NCBI RefSeq assembly: GCF_036321535.1
Contig: NC_087444.1
Span: 37,014,001-37,078,000, forward strand
Direction: 5' to 3'
From: Camelus dromedarius
Taxonomy: Eukaryota
Length of the DNA: 64,000 nt
Position numbers and translations under genes: made by a program. The notes under the pieces were generated by a model that searched no databases, had not been told where the DNA came from, and was given only the letters and a program-made list of their open reading frames with translations. Below are positions 23,851-36,800 of this stretch, in pieces (positions within the stretch are counted from its first letter, which is position 1; every line of letters starts with the position of its first letter).

Positions 23851-24469
23851 CGCCCTCCCAGGGAATCTGGCAAAATTCCTCTCTGCAGACATGGCCGGAA
23901 AACTTCGGGGACCATCGACAAGTATCAAACCGCCGAAGAGGACGAAAATAACCCCTGGATCCCGAGAGGCAGGACTTGTTGAGGAAGGACGTAGAGAAAG
24001 TAGTTGGGCAACCCCAGCAGTAGAGAAGTGGGAGCCATGGGAACCTTCCTAACTGGTCAGCCTGCTTCAATTCCACTAACTGCCCCAGCCCCCATCTCAG
24101 AAGAGACCATGCTGCATGATGAACCCAATGTGTTTCCCCAAACCTGCTTCTAAAGGCTGCCCCACTGTCTTGAGATCACCCACCCTATTCCTGTCCCTCA
24201 CTCCTTGCCAAACAGCAAAAACTAACTACATCTGTCTTATCCACTTGTCTCCATCCCCACTCTTCTTCCCCGATCCCCACACTCATCTTTCTCTTGTCTC
24301 CACACTGCAGTGCTCAGAGGCCAAGGAATTATAACCACTTTTCAACCAACGCAAACACGTTTACCTATGTGTAAGTATATGTAAAGCACTTAGAGCACTT
24401 CTGGCGTGTGGAAGGATTCTGTGTTCACTAGTATCATTTTTTTAACATTGTCGGTTTTTATTATTGTTT

Positions 24470-24830
24470 ATTTTAGGTCAAGTTCTTTGGGAAACAGACT
24501 TTGAGAAAGCCATCTGCCTACAGGAAGTTTACTGATGAGTCACACTTGTAAGGGAGTAAGACAAGGAGAATTAGGCAGAGGAGAGAATTTAACTGTGATG
24601 CAGTTATAATTGAGGCCTCAGCCCATCCTACTAGGGGCTGTGAAGCTGGGGGACTCTTCCAAGGCATTCCAAGGCAAGGGTACCTGGCCTTTATACCCTA
24701 ACATGGAACAAAAGACTTGGCTATGAGACCTCAGCAACCTACGTTTCTGGCAGCTAAGGAAATGAGTGTCTTTGTCCTGAAGGGTGGATTTGGGTGGTAG
24801 CCAGTGTCTGCCGCAGTATTACTACCTAGT
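24470..24830. mobile_element. MaLR (MLT1-like) solo LTR remnant; boundaries approximate
   Basis: Motifs gggaaacagactttgaga...ggaagtttact...ttaggcagagg...aactgtgatgcagtt...gaggcctcagcc resemble MLT1 consensus by recall. Confidence 0.5.
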
Positions 24831-25777
24831 AGTCCCTTCCATGGCCCCCTTTATCTCAAGATAAACATAGCTTTCATAGCCATTCCACCACTCTCCTCCA
24901 TCACCCACCACACACAGCCTGTGGTCTCTTGCTCCTCTGCAGAAGCACACACCCACCTCTAAAGGACCCTTCAACAGTTTCCACACCGTGATGTTGTCTG
25001 CACCCATATTTGCACACCTTGCTCTCCACCCAGTTGGAGCTGCTTAGTTCATGTTTGTGCCCAGAGCACTAAGCAGTCCTGGAATAGGCTGGTCAAGACT
25101 CAATGACCACAGGGAGTATACACCTCCTTCCCTGAAGGAAGTGGCGCCCAGCCCTCCCCACCCTGTCCCACGGTGCAGATGCTCTTTCCTGTTGGGAATA
25201 AAGTACTAGAGACTCAGCTTCCTTCCTTTCTACGTGTGGCCTTGGGGAGGGCGGGTCTTGGAGGGAGGAGAGAGCTCCTGGGCAGGGAGGTGGGACAGTG
25301 GCTTCTTTGGGGAGAGGAATTCTCCTGCTGCACACCGAGGTGTGGGCCTCATGAGCCAGTGGAGGGAGTACCCAGCTCTGCCGAGAGGGAGAAGGGGAGA
25401 GAGCCATCCTCAAGGCCAAGGCCATTTGTGAAAGAGGGAGAACTGGACACTCCTGGTCAAGCCTGGTGAGTTCCGTATCAAACTGTCCTCTGCAATTCAG
25501 AGCGGGAGCAGTGTCCAGTGGAGTCCCATGCTTACCCTGCCTCACTTGGCATCTGAGGGGCAAAACTGAGAAACCCAGGAGGCAAAGGCTTCCCAGGTGC
25601 CTCCCCATCATCCCCGCCTCCCTCTCATTTCCTGAAGAGGCTGGGCAAGAACCTTCCTCCTCCTTCTCCAAAGGGCCTAGATGGAGGCTGCAGCTTAGAG
25701 GAGCACCCACTCTGCCTGCTCTAACTTAGACCTTCGATCCCACTCCTACCTCTGCTCCAGCTCCTCCAGGGCCTGCC

Positions 25778-28700
25778 ATGGACTCAGCAGCCAAGGACAA
25801 AATGCAGCCCACAATTCCTCCCGGTATGAGCCCTTCTGGCTAGGCTGATGGGGGGATGGCGGCAAGAAAGATGGGAATGGTGGGGTTGGGTCCTCCCTGC
25901 CTCTGGCTGGGGCTCTAGAGGGCAGGGAGACAAGGGGACTGCCCTGGGGTACAAGCTGAGGAGTAGGAAGGGGAGCAGATTTGGCAGCTGCTTCCTGCAG
26001 GCCATGCCTAACTGATGCAGCTGCCCAGGCTCTTCCTGCCCAGGGCCTGAGTGGCCGGAGCAGGAGAGGGCGGAGCAGCTGGCCCGGGGTGCAGCGCTCA
26101 AGTGGGCCTCTGGTATCTTCTACCGGCCAGAGCAGCTGGCCAGGCTGGGGCAGTACCGCAGCCGCGAGGTGCAGCGTACCTGTTCCCTGGAAGCACGCAT
26201 CAAGGTGGGCATCAGGCAGGAGGCAGGCATGCTGGGGGTGGGCTGCAGGCCTGGCCAGGCCTCACTACCTGCCTCCCTCCCACAGTCGGTGGTGCAGTCA
26301 TACCTGGAGGGCGTGAAGACCGGTGTGCGGCAGCTGGCCTGGGCCCTGGAGGCCATGCAGGGAGCCCGTGAGGCTCTGAGCCAGGCCCATGGGTTGCTCC
26401 GGGGTATGGCTGAAGCTGCACAGACCCTAGAACCCGTGCGGGAGCAGGTTGTGCAGCACAAGCAACTGTGGGCTTTGTCTCAGCTGCTGCCTCGGCTGCG
26501 AGCCGGTAAGTTTGCAGCAGTCCTGGGCCTCAGCCCTCCAACAGCTAGTCACCAAACACCATCACTGATCGAGGGGCTGGGGCACCAGTGGGAGACTGCA
26601 TGGAGGGACACACCAGGGACCTTCCAGAGAGTAACTTGGGCTTCAAATGGCATATGAAGCAGGGTACATATTAGTTCATTCTGGGGTTCCTAAGCAAGGG
26701 ATGTCTGAATCAGAACTGACACCCAGTCAAGTGGCTCTGGCCACTCTGATTGTTAATTTATTGAAATAGTTCTCTAACAGAGTGAATGAATAGCTACTGG
26801 CATGCCCCTCCCCCACCCTGCCCCAGTTCTTCCCTGACTTCCCTCCAGGATCCCTGACTTCCTCATGTTCCTTCAGCTCAAGGGTTTACACCTGGCCCAC
26901 CATGGCGGCCCTTCCTTTCAGGTCCTTTCAGATTGGCCAATGCTCTACTGTATTGTTTACTAAGTATTTTATACATCACTCCAGCCCCAGGGTCTTAGCT
27001 TCCACTGCTGTGCCTACTGCATATGTGGGAAGGCTGAGACCCAGAGCTGTCTCTTCTCCTCCCTGCTTAGTGCCAGCTGCAGTGGCCCACACACAGACCC
27101 TGATTGATGCCCAGCGGCTCTTGGAGGCATATGTGAGCCTTCGGGAGCTAGAACAGCTGCAAGAGGAGACGTGGGCACCTCTGGGGGGCCTGGAGTTGCC
27201 AGTCTTTGAGGGACTGGGTCCTCTGGCTGAGGCTCTGGGCCAGGCTGTGGAGGCAGCTGCAGGGGCTGCAGGGCGGCTGGCACGGGAGGACCCAGCCCTG
27301 CTGGTGGCTGCTGTGCGTGTGGCAGAGGTGGATGCTGGGCGCACAACTTCTCTGGAGCAGGCCCCTCGGGACTGGCGGCAGCGCTGTTTGCGGGCACTAC
27401 AGGAGGGCCTAGAGCGGATCCACTTTGGGACACTGCCACAGCCTGGACCAGGGGCACTAGCAGAGTGGCTGGAGGCTCTGAGGGTGGCTTTACCAGCTGA
27501 GTTGGCCACAGCTGAGGCACTAGTAGCACCCTGCTGCCCACCACACTACAAGGTAGTCCAGCTGTGGGCCCACACCCTGCACAGCAGCCTGCGCCGCTGC
27601 CTGCAGCAACTTCTGGAAAGGCCTGAGCTGGGAGCTGCTGATACCTTCACCTTGCTGCAATGGGCACTGCATGTATACCTGGGGTCGGTGTCCCTGGGCC
27701 AACGGGAAGTGGGTGGATCAGAGGTGGGGGGCTCAGTGTAACACTGGGGCACCCATCTCCAGGCCAGAAATGATGGGGAGCCTGGAGTTAGGGCCTGAGG
27801 CTGATGTGTCCCATCTGGAGCCCCTCCTGACCCTGGAGAATGTCGAGCAGCTAGAGGCAACATTTGTGGCCAAAGTCCAGGTAAGTAGTTAGGGCCTGGG
27901 TCCAGAGAAGTTCTGCCACCAGCTGTGGGGTTTTATCTGCATGTCTACCTGTCTCTAGCTGTGTCAGTGCCCTGCTACATCCTGCTGCTCCTTGCTCCTT
28001 TCCCCAGGCAAGTGTGACCCAGTGGCTTCAGAAGGTACTGGATGGGGAGGCAGCTGAGTGGGGCAGAGAGCAGGAGCCCGACACAGACCCATCTGGCTTC
28101 TACCACTCACCAATGCCGGCCATCGTGCTGCAGGTGGGTGAAAAGTGGTGAGGCAGGTGGGCAGACCTCATGCGGAAATAGAAAGAGAGCAGGACTAGGA
28201 TTCTGCTGATGGCTGCCTATCCCTGACTGTAGATCCTGGAAGAGAACATTCGTGTGGCCAGCATGGTCAGTGAGTCACTGCAGCAGCGGGTGCATGACAT
28301 GGCGCTGTCAGAACTGAGCGCATTCCTGAGGAGGTCTGCGAAGGCAATGACCCACTCCCAACCCCTGACCCTGCTCCTGGGGCAGCCTAACGGGGCTCTG
28401 AATGAATAAGGGACACTAGCGGAAAGGGGCTCCTTCATACAGGGCCTTGGGTATCTTGGAGATGGAGCTGGTGTACCAAGGACTGGGGATGTGCAAGAGT
28501 GACCACAGGTACAGGAGCCACTTCTGTCCTTTGCAGCTTCAGTGATGCTCTGATCCGATTTTCCCGAGACCACCTCAGGGGGGAAGCAATGGTCCCTCAT
28601 TATGTGCCCTACCTACTGGCCACCCTCAACCACCAATCAGCACTCAGGTACCAGGAAGCCCCCATGTAACCCCACCTTCAGTAACTCATTATTGAATACC

Positions 28701-30490
28701 TATTAGGTATGGACCCAGCCTGCACTACGCCATTAGGAATTTTGGACTCACATAGCCCTGGGGTTCTAATCCTAGTTCTACTAATTACTAGCTGTGTGAC
28801 CTTGAGCCAGTTACCTAATCTCTCTGAACCTTGCTTTTCTCACCAGTAGTATATAGGTAATAATAGGTGTTCTGAGAATCACATGTGATAACGGATATGA
28901 AGAACCTCCAACAGTACCTAGCACATAGTGTCAATTATTCATTCAATTAACAAATGTTTATCAAGACCCTACTCTGTGCCAAGTAATATCTGGGGTTACA
29001 GCTGTAAACAAAACAAAAATACTCCCTTCTTCTTGGGTCTTATGTTCTTTGGGGTGGGGGCATAATACGATGAATAAGTTAATTACGATTTTGACTCCCT
29101 CCTGAGTGGGATTAACTCTCTCCTCTTACCTAAACAGACACCAGAAGACATGACTTGCTCAAGGTCACATCGCAAATTAGCGGCAGGTCCAGCTGGGCTG
29201 TGTCCCATCTAGCTTGCTGAGCCCACCACTCCCAGCCTCAGTCCACGCCCCAGGCCTTTACAAGTGCAGGGAGCCGCCCTTCTTGACCCTCACGCCACAC
29301 ACTGGCGCCACTAGGTGGCGCCCAGGTGGCTAGACAACGGAGGGCCACGCGGGCCTTGGCCTTGGTCCTGAAGCCTACTTTTGGTCCGTCTAGCTCCTCC
29401 TTGTCCGTCCTGCAGCCCGACTGGGTGGCTCCAGGGGCCTTGGCTCCGGTGGAGGCAGCGCTGGACGAGTTGCAGAGGAGGATCTGCCGCCTGGTGTTGG
29501 AGGCGCTGCTGTTGGAACTACAGGTGAGGCTTCAGGTGGAGGTGGGGGTGCGAGTAGGAGATACAGTGTATTATGAGGAGTCTCCCCGGGGAATGCCGGG
29601 TCTGAGTCGTCTCTCCAGCCGCGTCTCTGACCCCTGCTCCCAGCCCCTGTTCGCGGCTCTGCCCTCGCGTCAGTGGCTATCGAGCCCGGAGCTGCTGGAA
29701 GGGGTGTGTGAGCGGACGGCACGCTTCTGCCAGGACTTCCGACACGTGCGGAATCCCGCAGTCCAGGTGCTTTGGGGCGAAAGGCTGGGGAGAGGGGAAA
29801 GCACGCATGGGAAAGGTGTCCAGGACCCATTTGATCGTGCTCCCTGCAGCTGCTGCTGGCGGAGGCGGAGCGTACCGTGGTGCTGCAGTACCTACGTGCG
29901 CTAATGCAAGGCCGTCTAGTGTGCCGAGGGGCTGACGAGCGGACCCAGGCAGCCGAGCGCCTGCGGCAAGATGCCGCCCAGCTTCGGGAGCTTTTCCTCG
30001 GTTTGGTGAGAACTCGTTGGGCTAGAAGATGGGCGGGAGTCTCAGTGGTTGGGTAGGGGCCAAAGGCTGGCGCGAGATCTACCCCTATGTGCTCAGGGTC
30101 TGGAGGAGAGCGTTCAGTGCGCGCCGGTGCTGCTGGCCCTGAGGGAGCTGCTGAACCTCCGCGACCCCACGCTGCTTGGCCTTGAGGTGGCGGGCCTGCG
30201 GCAACAATTTCCCGACGTGAGGTGCGAAGACGGGCCGGGAAGGGAGGAGGGACCTGGGAGAGGCTGGCTGGGGCTGACTCACCTCACCTCGTACCTGTAG
30301 CGAGGAGCACGTCTCTGCCCTCTTGGACCTGCGCGGGGACGTGTCCCGAGAGCAGCGCCTGGCCGCACTCAGCTCCCTGCAGGTCGGCCCGCAGCCCTCG
30401 CCTCCCACTGGTCGCCGCGCACTCTTCAGTCTTGTGCCAACACCTGCGCCCCCGCCCTCCTCCTGCCTCCCCTCAGGGTCCTGTGCTTGA
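25778..30490 (+). CDS. EXOC3L1: Exocyst complex component 3-like 1, 739 aa, 13 coding exons: 25778-25823, 26044-26204, 26286-26505, 27071-27683, 27763-27880, 28008-28133, 28233-28333, 28537-28647, 29394-29523, 29644-29766, 29850-30005, 30097-30221, 30301-30490
   Basis: It starts MDSAAKDKMQP and contains EQLARGAALKWASGIFYRPEQLARLGQYR and Sec6-like segments. The exons sum to 2220 nt in frame. AATAAA is at 30508-30513. Confidence 0.96.
28740..28930 (+). mobile_element. MIR SINE fragment
   Basis: MIR core ggttctaatcctagttct...tagctgtgtgaccttgagccagttacctaatctctctgaacc. Confidence 0.7.
29308..29321 (+). promoter_or_regulatory. CTCF consensus motif in an EXOC3L1 intron
   Basis: CCACTAGGTGGCGC matches CCASYAGRKGGCRS at all 14 positions. 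Confidence 0.65.
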
Positions 30491-30699
30491 CTCCTAATTG
30501 CCCGCAGAATAAAGCCACGATCCCCGTACACCTGAATTGTGTGTGTTGGAGAAGGCGGAAATGAAATGAATGTGCCCGCGAAGTCAGGGTGTCCACAAGC
30601 AGTGACACACCTAAGGTATCTTGGCTCCGGTCCTAATATACCGCTGCGCCCCTGCATCAGCCCTTTGTGTGGGCAGCGTACCCAAGTACTTGGGCTTCC

Positions 30700-31400
30700 G
30701 CCGCTGTATGCGGACTACATCCCCATGTATGCGCGCAGGGGCGGTGAGCTCCGGTCTCCACCGCCCCTAGTCCCACCGCGGAATAGCACCTGAACATTGG
30801 AAATCCACCCAGCCCTTGTGGAGGAGGCGGGCTTAAGAAAACGGCCCACCAAGGGGCGTGACCTGGTGGTGGACACCTCCCCCTCTGCTCTGCCCGGCCC
30901 CACCCCGAACCGTGTTCTTTGGCGCGTGCGGAGATTGACGCGAATCCGCAAGCCTTCCTGTGAGCGTGCGCGCGCCCGAGTGCGTGCGTCACCGCGTTGG
31001 CTCCCGCGGGCTGGGCGGCCAGCGATCGATATTGTGGAGCGAGAACTACAGCGGCGAGAAGAGGAGCGAACAGGTGGGGGCGCGGCGCGCGGATGGAATC
31101 CCCTCACCCCCTAGAGGCCAAGAAGGCATTCGACGCGACCCCTCCTCATCTACCAGGGAACCCCAGGCTCCATTGTCTTCTGGCCCCGCCCTCCATTGGG
31201 CACGCCCTTTGCCCCATCCCCCGCCACTTATTGGCTGCAGGTCACGCCCCTCCTCGATCTCCCCGTCCCCATTGGCTCCTCTTCCACGTTATCCTCTCCC
31301 GGAGTTTCTCATTGGCGCAGGTCACACCCTCTTATTTGTCACCAGACTCCGCCTTCAATCTGGGCTCCTCCCACAGCCATCTTTCATTCATTCTGCGTCT
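30700..31400 (+). promoter_or_regulatory. CpG island and probable MATCAP1 promoter/first-exon region
   Basis: Dense CpG, GC boxes, a candidate donor aacag|gtgggg near 31073, and four ATTGG boxes at 31195-31315. Confidence 0.65.
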
Positions 31401-31949
31401 AGGCCTGGGTGCTTGGGTCATGGAGGTGAATCAGACCCGTCACTGCCCTCAAGAAATTCAGGGGATGTTGGGGGACATGGACCTAGGTTCCGACAGTGAC
31501 AGCCTAGGGTGGTAAAGAAGCCGCCTAGGCACTGGGAGCCTCTAAGACGCTGGGAAGGCTTCCCGGAGGAGGTGAGGCCTAAACCCAGCCCTGAAGAATG
31601 GTTAGGAGTTTGCTGTAGGGAGACATTGGGAGGGCATTTTTGGCAGAAGGACCTGAGACATGAAAGAAACAGACATATTCTGGTAATTGCAAAGAGGTAG
31701 GTCAAATGAAAGAAGTGGAGATGAAGGGGATTGAAAAAAACAGAGGCCTAGAGACCAGTAAGGAATCCAGAGAAGTGTATAGTTGAGGGGAGGGAAGCCT
31801 GAGGCCTGAAATCTTTTCAAGCAGCTTATCAATAGGCAGAGTGCAGGGAGGTGGGGAAGAGGGGGAGGGGATCAGATCTAGATGGGGAAGAAAAGTGCAG
31901 GGAAGGAATGATTCCATTTCTGACAAAGAAAAGGGCTCTTGGGTTCTTT

Positions 31950-33050
31950 CGTTTACTGAGCAACTGCTCTGGGTCAGGTACTGTTCTGGAGACACAGCTG
32001 TGAACACTTAAAAGGGGAAAACATAACTAATCTTCGCATATACTATACTTCAGACAGTGATTACTGCTTCAGAGGACAGTAGTGTGGGGAAAGGGAGGTT
32101 GTGGTGGAGAGGGGAAGGGAGGTTTCCTATTTTATAAAGGGTGTATTAGGCAGGCTTTTCTAATAACATATTTGTACAGAAATCTGAGGAAAGTGAGAGA
32201 GTGACCCTTGCAGTTATATGGGGGGAAAACATTCCAGACAGGGGACATGTTCAGTTTGAAATGCCTGTATACATTCAAGTAAAGATGTTGAATTGAGAAC
32301 TGGCAATGCTGAAGTTTTTGGAAGAAATCTGGGCTCACATATTTAAAACCATGAGGGTAGATGAGATCACCTAGGGAGTGTGCATAAATGGAGAAGAGGA
32401 GAGAAGTTTCCAGGTTCAGGGCATTACAGTGTTAAGAGGTCAGGAAGATAGGGATGACCAGAAAGGAATACCAAGAACAAACAGCCAGTGAGGTGGGAGG
32501 ACTGTGTTCCGGTGTATTTGGGAACCAAGTGGAGAACGTGGTCAAACCAAAATGAAGTGATTAACTTTGTCAGTTTCTACTAATTAAGATGAAGACCATT
32601 GGTGACCTTGGTCAGATCAGTTTTGATGGAGACTGCGGGGGGAGCCTAATTGGAGAGAAATTTAAGCAAGAACAGCAAGGAAGAAATTGGGAACCAAGTA
32701 TAGATGACTCGAGGTGGTGTGCTGCCCTGAGGAACAGTGGAGCTGGAAGAGTGTGGTGTCAAGTGAGGGTTTTGTTTTTTAAGATGAAAAAATAACAGCA
32801 TGTGTTTATCTTTTTTTTTTTTTTTGTAATGGAGGTCTTGGGGATTGAACCCAGGACCTTGTGCACACTAAGCATGTGCTCTATCACTTAGCTATACCCA
32901 GCTACCACCACCCCCAGCTTGTGTTTATGCTGATGGGAAGAATTCAGTAGAAAGGAAGAGATTGATGATGTAGGAGATGAAGGAGAGAGGAGAAATGCTG
33001 GAATTGCGTCCCTGAGCAGGCAGGAGAGCTTGGAGGCTGGAGCCTTCAGT
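31950..33050. mobile_element. Degenerate L2-like region interrupted by a SINE; boundaries approximate
   Basis: tttactgagcaac...tactgttctggagacacagctgtgaac and gtagatgagatcacctaggg resemble L2 3' sequence by recall. Confidence 0.55.
32796..32928 (-). mobile_element. tRNA-derived SINE with TSD
   Basis: Poly-T followed by ggggattgaacccaggacc...gctatacc. The TSD cagc(a/t)tgtgtttat is at 32796-32809 and 32915-32928. Confidence 0.85.
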
Positions 33051-33843
33051 CAGTTTCTGGGGAGAGACTGGATTGGACTGAGCCATAGTTCAGATTCAGG
33101 GGTGAGTGTCCTGACAGTGGCCTTGGATGACCACTAGGAAGATGTCTCTGATAGGGGACATACCAAGGACTGCCTTGGATTTGCTGAATTTTCCCTCTGT
33201 ACACCAAAAGCTGATTCTAATTTGGATTTGAACAGATGGCCCAGAGAAGAGAGAGCATTCCAGGTGGAGGGACTGACATAAGCAAGGGACATGCAGGCAT
33301 TCAAACTGAGGCCCAATGGGCTGAAGGAGATGGGTGGAGCTAGGTGGGAGGGGCGGGGTGAGACTGAGAAAATGCCATAGGTAGAAGGCAGGTATAAGGT
33401 AGTGAGATCCCCTCATCCGTCATCCTAGCAGCTGAGGCTACATTGTACCAGCTTCCAGTCAGGGTGGGTGCTGAGCACAGGGATTAAATCATGAGTAGGT
33501 GCTTATGCCTTGCTCACGGGAGCTCACAGGCTAAGGGGATTTGAGTAACCACCATCCTGGTAGGTGTATAAGACTCTTCCTCCAGCTTTGCCCCAGTCCA
33601 GCTTGCTTGGATGAGCCTGCTGGAGGGGTAGACAGTGGGATGGAGGTAAGAGGGCAGGTGAAGAAGACCTGGCATCAGGTTCTGGGCCCATCAAGTGCCT
33701 GGCAAAGACAGTGTGGCGCACAGGGCCTGCTGGTCCTCATGCCACACTCACTCATGTTGGCCTCCATATGCCTTTCTGTGTCCCCAGAAGTCAACAGTGT
33801 GGGGAATTGGAGTGATCTGGCTGGATGTGACCCCCAGAACAGA

Positions 33844-36800
33844 ATGGTGCTGGACTCAGGGGCTCAGGTGTATGAGCAGACACCCCCCAGCCCACCAGCC
33901 AGTCCCTCATCCTTGGGCCGTAGGCTGAAGCCCTCAGACCGAAATGGAACAGCACTGTACCCCTGGTCTCAGTCTCTGGCCTTGCCCCTGGCTGTGTCTG
34001 TCCCCTCAGCCCTGCGGCCCAGGCCTGAGCTGCAGCCCTTCTCAAAGCTGCACTTGGGCCACCAAGGCCACATGCGTCGCAGTGAGAGCACCTACACCAT
34101 AAACAGTGCTGGTCGGCAGGGGAGCGGCACCCAGGGCCGGGCCACACCTGGACGAGGCCGGAGCCCAGGTGGGGGCACCCTGCGGTCTGCGGCCTCCCTG
34201 CCTCACATTGCTAAGACTCGAAAGGATGCAGGCCGTGGTGCCAGCAAAAGCCCCTGCATGTTGGTGGCTCTGCGGCCAACCAACATGGACTATGAGCGGG
34301 ACAAGTTCTTCCAGTCCCAGTACACCTACAATCCACAGTTCGAGTACCAGGAGCCCATGCCTACGGCTGTGCTGGAGAAGTACTGTGAGGCCTCTGGACA
34401 GTTCATCCATCAGGTCAGTCCAGATTGCCCACCTCACCCTGGCTCTGACCATCTGAGAGACCTGGCCTTACCCACTACTGTGGCCCTTTGTGCAGGCAGT
34501 TGGCATCATTGAGGCTGTCCTGGAGAAGTTTGGCACCTATGAACACTTTGAGGCTGCAACTGGGGGCCAGCTGCTGACCAAGTGCCAGATCTGGTCCATT
34601 GTGCGCAAATACATGCAGAAGGAGGGCTGTGTCGGGGAGGTGAGCTTGCCCTGCCTGTGAGGCCCCTTTTCCACATGCCCCAAACCAGGCTGCCAAGTTG
34701 GCAGTGCCAGGCCCACCTCCACGCTGTTGGAGCTAGTGACCACAGGCAAGCCCATGTCCCTGTCCCTGTCCCTGCCCCAGGAAGGTGGGAGCTGCCACTG
34801 AGCAGAGGTGGGAAAGGGTGGGTGTCCTGGCCAAGTGTCCAACCTGGCTTCCCTGTGACATCAGTGGGTCTACCTGCACACTGGCCCCAGGGCTGGTGTC
34901 CATGGCTCAGGGCACTGCCGCTTACAGGTTGTGGTGCAGCTGAGTGAGGACCTGCTGTCCCAGGCAGTGATGATGGTGGAGAACAGCCGACCAACATTGG
35001 CCATCAACCTGACTGGAGCCCGCCAGTATTGGTTGGAGGGCATGCTACGGCACGAGATAGGTCAGGGTGTGGGTAGGTGGGTGGGTGGGTCTGTAGGGGT
35101 GAGATGGGGTTGGGACATGGGGGGCAGTGAGGGGCTCCAGTAACCCCACCCCTTTTCTTTTTCCCCCTTCCCTCCGGAGGACAGGCCCCTTCCCTTCGTG
35201 AGCAGCTACTTCTTCCCTCTGGCTCACAGAGGTACATGCCTGCCCACTCTCTGGGCTCACTCTCATCTCTTGTTCCTTTTGGGTATCTTTTCTTCCCTCT
35301 ACTTCCTCTTTGATTTTCCTTGACAGGGGGGCAAGACTGCTGAGGCCCAGAGAGGCCAGAGGGAGGACCCTAAGTGTCCCACTAGCCCAGCCAACATGCA
35401 GGCCTTCCAGGGTGGGTGGAAGTTCAGATCCTGGGAATGGAATTGGCTGAAGACACACTGAGCTGGGTTTAGGAGGGGATAGTCCAGGCTGGAAAGGAGA
35501 GCTTGGGACACTACTATTATTTTTTGCCTGGCCCTCCTCATCAGGAATCCTGTTGCTCTGGGCAAAAGGTGGTTTTTGCTGGGGACATCAGCAGAATATG
35601 GGCATTGCGCCAGATGTGGGGCCAGGGAGGTATATGAGTTCCTGCTCCTTTCTAGGGGTTGGGGGGCAGTGTGAGTTTGGGAGATGTGTGTGTGTGTGTG
35701 TGTGTAGCCCTGGACAGGTTGGGGAGGATTCTTGCATGCGAGATTCTGAATCCTTGCATGCGAGTTCACCTGAGGAGGGTCTTCATGCTGCCTAGGGTTG
35801 GGTGAGTATGAGTTTGGGGTCGAGGGAACTTGCGTGAGAACCTGAGTTTAGGGGCATGAGGATAAGTGAGTCATCAGCTACAGGTCCAGCTGGGCATAGC
35901 AGGGCCCAGGCCAGGCAGATGGGTCCCCTGGATGCCTGGCCAAGCGCAGCCTCCTACTCCCCTCAGGTACCCACTACCTTCGGGGTGTGAACAACGCGCG
36001 GCAGCCGTGGCACAGCGCTGAGGGCCGGTTGCAGTACGGGTTGCGGCCAGCAAACCCCACCGAGGAGGGCCTGGCCAGCCTACACAGCGTGCTGTTCCGC
36101 AAGCAGCCCTTCCTGTGGCGCGCAGCGTTGCTCTACTACACCATCCACCGCGCTGCGCGCATGTCCTTCCGTCAGCTCTTCCAGGACCTGGCGCGCTACG
36201 TGCAGGACGCGGATGTGCGCTGGGAGTACTGCGTGCGCGCCAAGCGTGGCCAGACAGACACTTCGCTGCCGGGTGGGCGCCCACGCTGGGGGAGTGTCCT
36301 GATCTAGGGGGCAGGGGGTTAGGGTGGGGCTTCGGCCTAGGGCTTACCACCCTCTGGTATCCACAGGCTGCTTCAGCAAGGACCAGGTGTACCTAGACGG
36401 CATCGTGCGCATTCTGCGGCATCGCCAGACCATCGATTTCCCGCTACTGACCTCGCTGGGCAAGGTGAGGGGCCACGGGCCTTCAGAAGTCACAGCCAGT
36501 TCTCCCCATCACTTCACTATTCCCTGAGCCTCTCATTGGGTGCCAGGCCTCTCTGGGGGAGTGTGGGTGGAGGTGAGCACAGGAGATGAAATGACAGTCT
36601 GGCAGCCAATAGTAGAGACCCAGCCCACAGGTGTGTGTGTGTAGACACTGCATCTCAAAACAGGTGAGCCTTCCAGGCTAAGGGAACAGTCAGGAAGGCC
36701 TGGCCAAGGAGACTGGAGAAATGGCCAGGGACCAAGTCCCTGGCACTGGGTATCTGTGCCAGACTGAGGAAGGTGTACTTCATCCAAAGCAGTGAGGAAT

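Noticed and set aside
22523-23982. ORFs containing X runs (also at 17263, 44957-45447 and 63232-63787)
   Set aside because: They are artefacts of translating through N-runs.
33541-33843. 323-aa ORF extending MATCAP1 upstream
   Set aside because: It begins at a non-ATG codon in intron sequence upstream of the acceptor at 33787 and runs past the donor at 34413.
35731-35764. Direct repeat cttgcatgcgag x2 in a MATCAP1 intron, and the RY octamer repeat at 38341-38370
   Set aside because: They are short local duplications next to simple repeats, with no evidence of function.
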